Positions 60,915-64,000 of a DNA stretch of 64,000 bases are shown here, one piece after another. The translations under genes and the position numbers were made by a program. Origin of the DNA: Fistulifera solaris (Eukaryota). Position 1 is the stretch's first letter. The number at the start of each line of letters is the position of its first letter. The notes beneath the pieces are model-generated. The model saw only the letters and a program-made list of their open reading frames with translations, had not been told where the DNA came from and did no database searches. The DNA lies in assembly GCA_030295235.1 (NCBI GenBank), contig AP026155.1, positions 372,001-436,000 on the forward strand, in the 5' to 3' direction.

Positions 60915-63329
60915 ATGATTCGAATATCGCTATTGCTACGAAACAAACGAGCCATCACTAGAGCGATTGGTGCTCTTCAGTCAAATTACTCTCCTTCTCA
61001 GCAACCAAATTCTGTAACAAAGTCTACCGCTTCTTTCCCTGTACACTCATATACACCTCATTACTTACTCTCTTGTCGTCACAAGAGCGTCTTTGTCTCG
61101 AAACATAATCAGTCTCTAAATGTCACTGCTGAAGACATTATCAATCAAGTCAAATGGAATGTAGAGTCATCTCCGAAGTACCGAACGACAAACCATCATG
61201 TAATTTTCGAAGAGTGCCCATTTTGCACCAAACCAACGAAAGGAAAAGCTGAAAACACATTCAAATTGTACATACAGCTCGGAGGCGGCGCTTATTTCTG
61301 TCATCGATGCGGTCAAGGAGGGTCCTGGTTTGATTTCAAGGCAAAAACTTCGAAGGATCCACAAGTCGTAAAAAGTGCCAGCCAAACCATATATAGTCCC
61401 AAAATGCACGCATCTCAGCCACTTCCCATGCCATCATCACGACTGCAAGCTCTGTACAATAGCCAGCTTCTCGACCAACCGGACAATGCTGTTTTGCAGT
61501 ACCTGACCGAAACGCGGGGATTGACCGTTAAGACTTTACGAAAGTACGGAATCGGCCGAGCGAAGTACTCCTTCAACAACGACGGCGCTTGGGAACCCGT
61601 CGAGTGCGTGACGTTTCCTTGGATCATGAAAGCATCGGATGTATCCTTTCAGGAGGAACTACGCGGCGTCAAACATCCTGTTGAAGATCCCAGTTCGTTT
61701 TTGACGCGTCGCATTAAAGTCAGAGCCTTGGAGAACAAAGCGTGGCAGCGCTTGGATCCTGCGGGCGGCGGATGGGGTTTCTTTGGGTATCACACCCTGG
61801 ATGGAGCGGACAAAAGTCAACCGATTGTTGTGACGGAAGGAGAATACGATGCCATGGCTGTCTGGCAAGCCACCGGGATTCCTTCGGTAAGTTTACCGAA
61901 CGGATGCCGGTCTCTGCCCGTGGAAGTGCTTCCCCTGTTAGAAGATTATGAAAAGATATATCTATGGATGGACAACGATGGACCGGGACAAGAAGGTGCC
62001 CGTGTTTTCTCACAAAAGATCGGCCTCGGAAGGTGTTTCATGGTGCAGCCTACTCTGGAAAACACGGGTTGCCTCGAGTTCGCGGATCTACCAAAGGATG
62101 CGAACGATGCACTCTTGCAAGGCCATGACTTGAAACGCATCATCATGGAAGCGAAACCAGTTCCTCATGAACAGGTTCTATCATTCAGCGATTTGCAAGA
62201 CAGCGTGCTGCATGAAATACTGCATCCAGAAAAGTACGAAGGAACCAAGTTACCCAGCTTGCCGAAATTCTCTGCGGTCGTGAAAGGTCTAAGAAGAGGT
62301 ACGGATTTCTACTGGTGCTTTCAATATCAGGTGCTTCTGTTTGTTGCTTACAAATCGCCTTTTGTTTTCGTCTTGTTACAGGAGAACTCACCGTCGTGAC
62401 AGGACCCACGGGATCCGGGAAAACGACTTTCCTAGGTACGTGTTATCGATTTCTCGCTTTCTTCTCATCGTAAACATTGAGCTTCACTCTCACTATCTGC
62501 ATGACAGGTCAAATGTCGCTAGACTTGGCCGAACAAGGCGTGAACGTTCTTTGGGGTAGTTTTGAAGTGCGCAACACAAGACTCATTCACAAGTTGCTGC
62601 AACAGTTCGCCCGACAGCCCTTACCGAAAGGCGACCCTTCCTCCGCGGATAAGCTGAAAGATATAGCCAAGCGCTTCGGGGAGCTACCGTTGCACTTTCT
62701 CAAGTTCCATGGAGCTTCCGAGCTGGAAGAAGTGCTGGATGCCATGGAATATGCTGTTTACGTCCATGACTGCGAACATATTGGTAAGTTTCAGAGAGTT
62801 TCGGTCTTGCCTCCTCTGTCACTTCCCACTCACACAACACGCACTACTACATATTTGGGTAGTCCTGGACAATCTCCAATTCATGATTTCACGCCAAAAC
62901 CTCGCAACGCGTAGCGGGAACTCCAATTTCGACAAATTTGATGCCCAAGACATTGCTATTGAGAAGTTTCGCAAATTCGCCACTGAACGAAATGTTCACC
63001 TGTCGTTGGTGGTCCACCCTCGCAAGGAAGACGAGTCGTCCCGTCTCGGCATTTCTTCTATCTACGGCAGCGCGAAAGCGACACAGGAGGCCGACAATGT
63101 ACTGATATTACAAAAAGACAATCAAAAAAAGTATCTCGATGTACGAAAGAATCGCTTTTCCGGTGATTTGGGCGCCACCGAAATCTTTTTCGATCGCGCC
63201 ACGAACCGTTACACGGAAGCACCCACAAATCATGTCGTAACACCCCAAATCATTAACAAAGCTCCTAAAGCATCGATCGAAGATCACTGGGGCAAATATT
63301 TCTCGTCACAACTCACAGAAAACAGATGA
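60915..63329 (+). CDS. TWNK: Twinkle mitochondrial primase-helicase, 4 exons
   Basis: Transit-like N-terminus, Zn finger CPFC..CHRC, TOPRIM TEGEYD..DND, Walker A GPTGSGKT in exon 62382-62435, LDNLQFM, VVHPRKE, GSAKATQEADNV, KNRFSG. Introns 62299-62381, 62436-62507 and 62784-62862. Confidence 0.93.
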
Positions 63330-63402
63330 ATCAACAGAACGCAGGCTTGTTCTATTCATAAAATCTTTAGATTCTCTTTTGCAATGTGCCAGCTTACTAT
63401 CA

Positions 63403-64000
63403 CTATTTGTGCTCCGCAATCAGTTCCTGTAATTTTGAAGGATTCGCCCCCATCATTCGATCGACAATCTCCCCGCCTTTGATAAACAGAAATGTGGGCA
63501 TGGCAGATACTAGATAGAGAGAAAGAATAGAGTGAGAATGGCAATCGTTCCAGAAAATCAAGTTTTTCTAAAAGATCGACTTACCGTTGTACTTCGCAGC
63601 CGCTGTATTGATTAACGATTCGATGCAGGCAACAATTCGAAATAATTGAGAAAATACAAAACAAGAGTCTGATGTTTGTCATTAGCACTTACTATCCGGA
63701 TTCTCGTCAACGTCTACTTTCAGAAAAACAACATCATCGAACGATTCCGACAATTCATGAAACTAGTAAAAACGACGTGAGCTGCTTGTCGTAGGAGGAC
63801 GTGCAACAAACGAGAGATACATACCACCGGAGAAATCATTTTGCAAGGTCCACACCTGCCAAATGGGCCGTGAGACGCCGTTTCACAGAACCTTGAAATG
63901 AGAGAATGCGACTGGACGGACTTACCATGTGGCAGTAAAATCAATCACCACAAGCTTCGATTCCGCACCGGCTTTAAGGAGAATGGCTTCAACATCTTCT
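63403..64000 (-). CDS. Thioredoxin (WCGPC), 5' end outside the window, at least 5 exons
   Basis: Exons 64000-63926, 63855-63825, 63762-63693, 63602-63585 and 63509-63403 splice to ..[64 protein letters not shown]..*. Confidence 0.93.

Noticed and set aside
60915..63329. Phage or viral primase-helicase insertion
   Set aside because: It has spliceosomal introns and a transit-like peptide, so it is the standard nuclear Twinkle gene.

Overview
Gene-dense eukaryotic nuclear DNA, most likely a diatom, judged from short GT-AG introns (mostly 60-100 bp), bipartite plastid-targeting peptides with an ASAF-like motif, and diatom-type gene families. I resolve about 28 protein-coding genes. They include a nucleotide-sugar transporter, a methyltransferase-glycosyltransferase fusion beside a second methyltransferase, a voltage-sensor-only protein, an ELMO-domain protein and a head-to-head OHP/HLIP-like + Psb34-like pair. 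Further along are an ankyrin-pseudokinase, three clustered ELO elongases, a Gfo/Idh/MocA oxidoreductase, XRN running directly into proteasome beta5, APRT and a DHHC palmitoyltransferase. The last third holds a giant USO1/p115 with 588-bp tandem repeats, exportin-T, an HMG-box factor, a MORN protein, a STRA6-like membrane protein, a beta-barrel-like protein, Twinkle and a thioredoxin missed by the ORF track. About 19 frameshifts fall in short homopolymers, which points to uncorrected long-read indels rather than pseudogenes. Top leads: (1) an apparent XRN-proteasome beta5 polyprotein, (2) a putative Golgi glycan-methylation module, (3) a TACCGGTA palindrome sitting about 215-310 bp upstream of many start codons. 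All family calls come from motifs recognised by eye; no searches were run.
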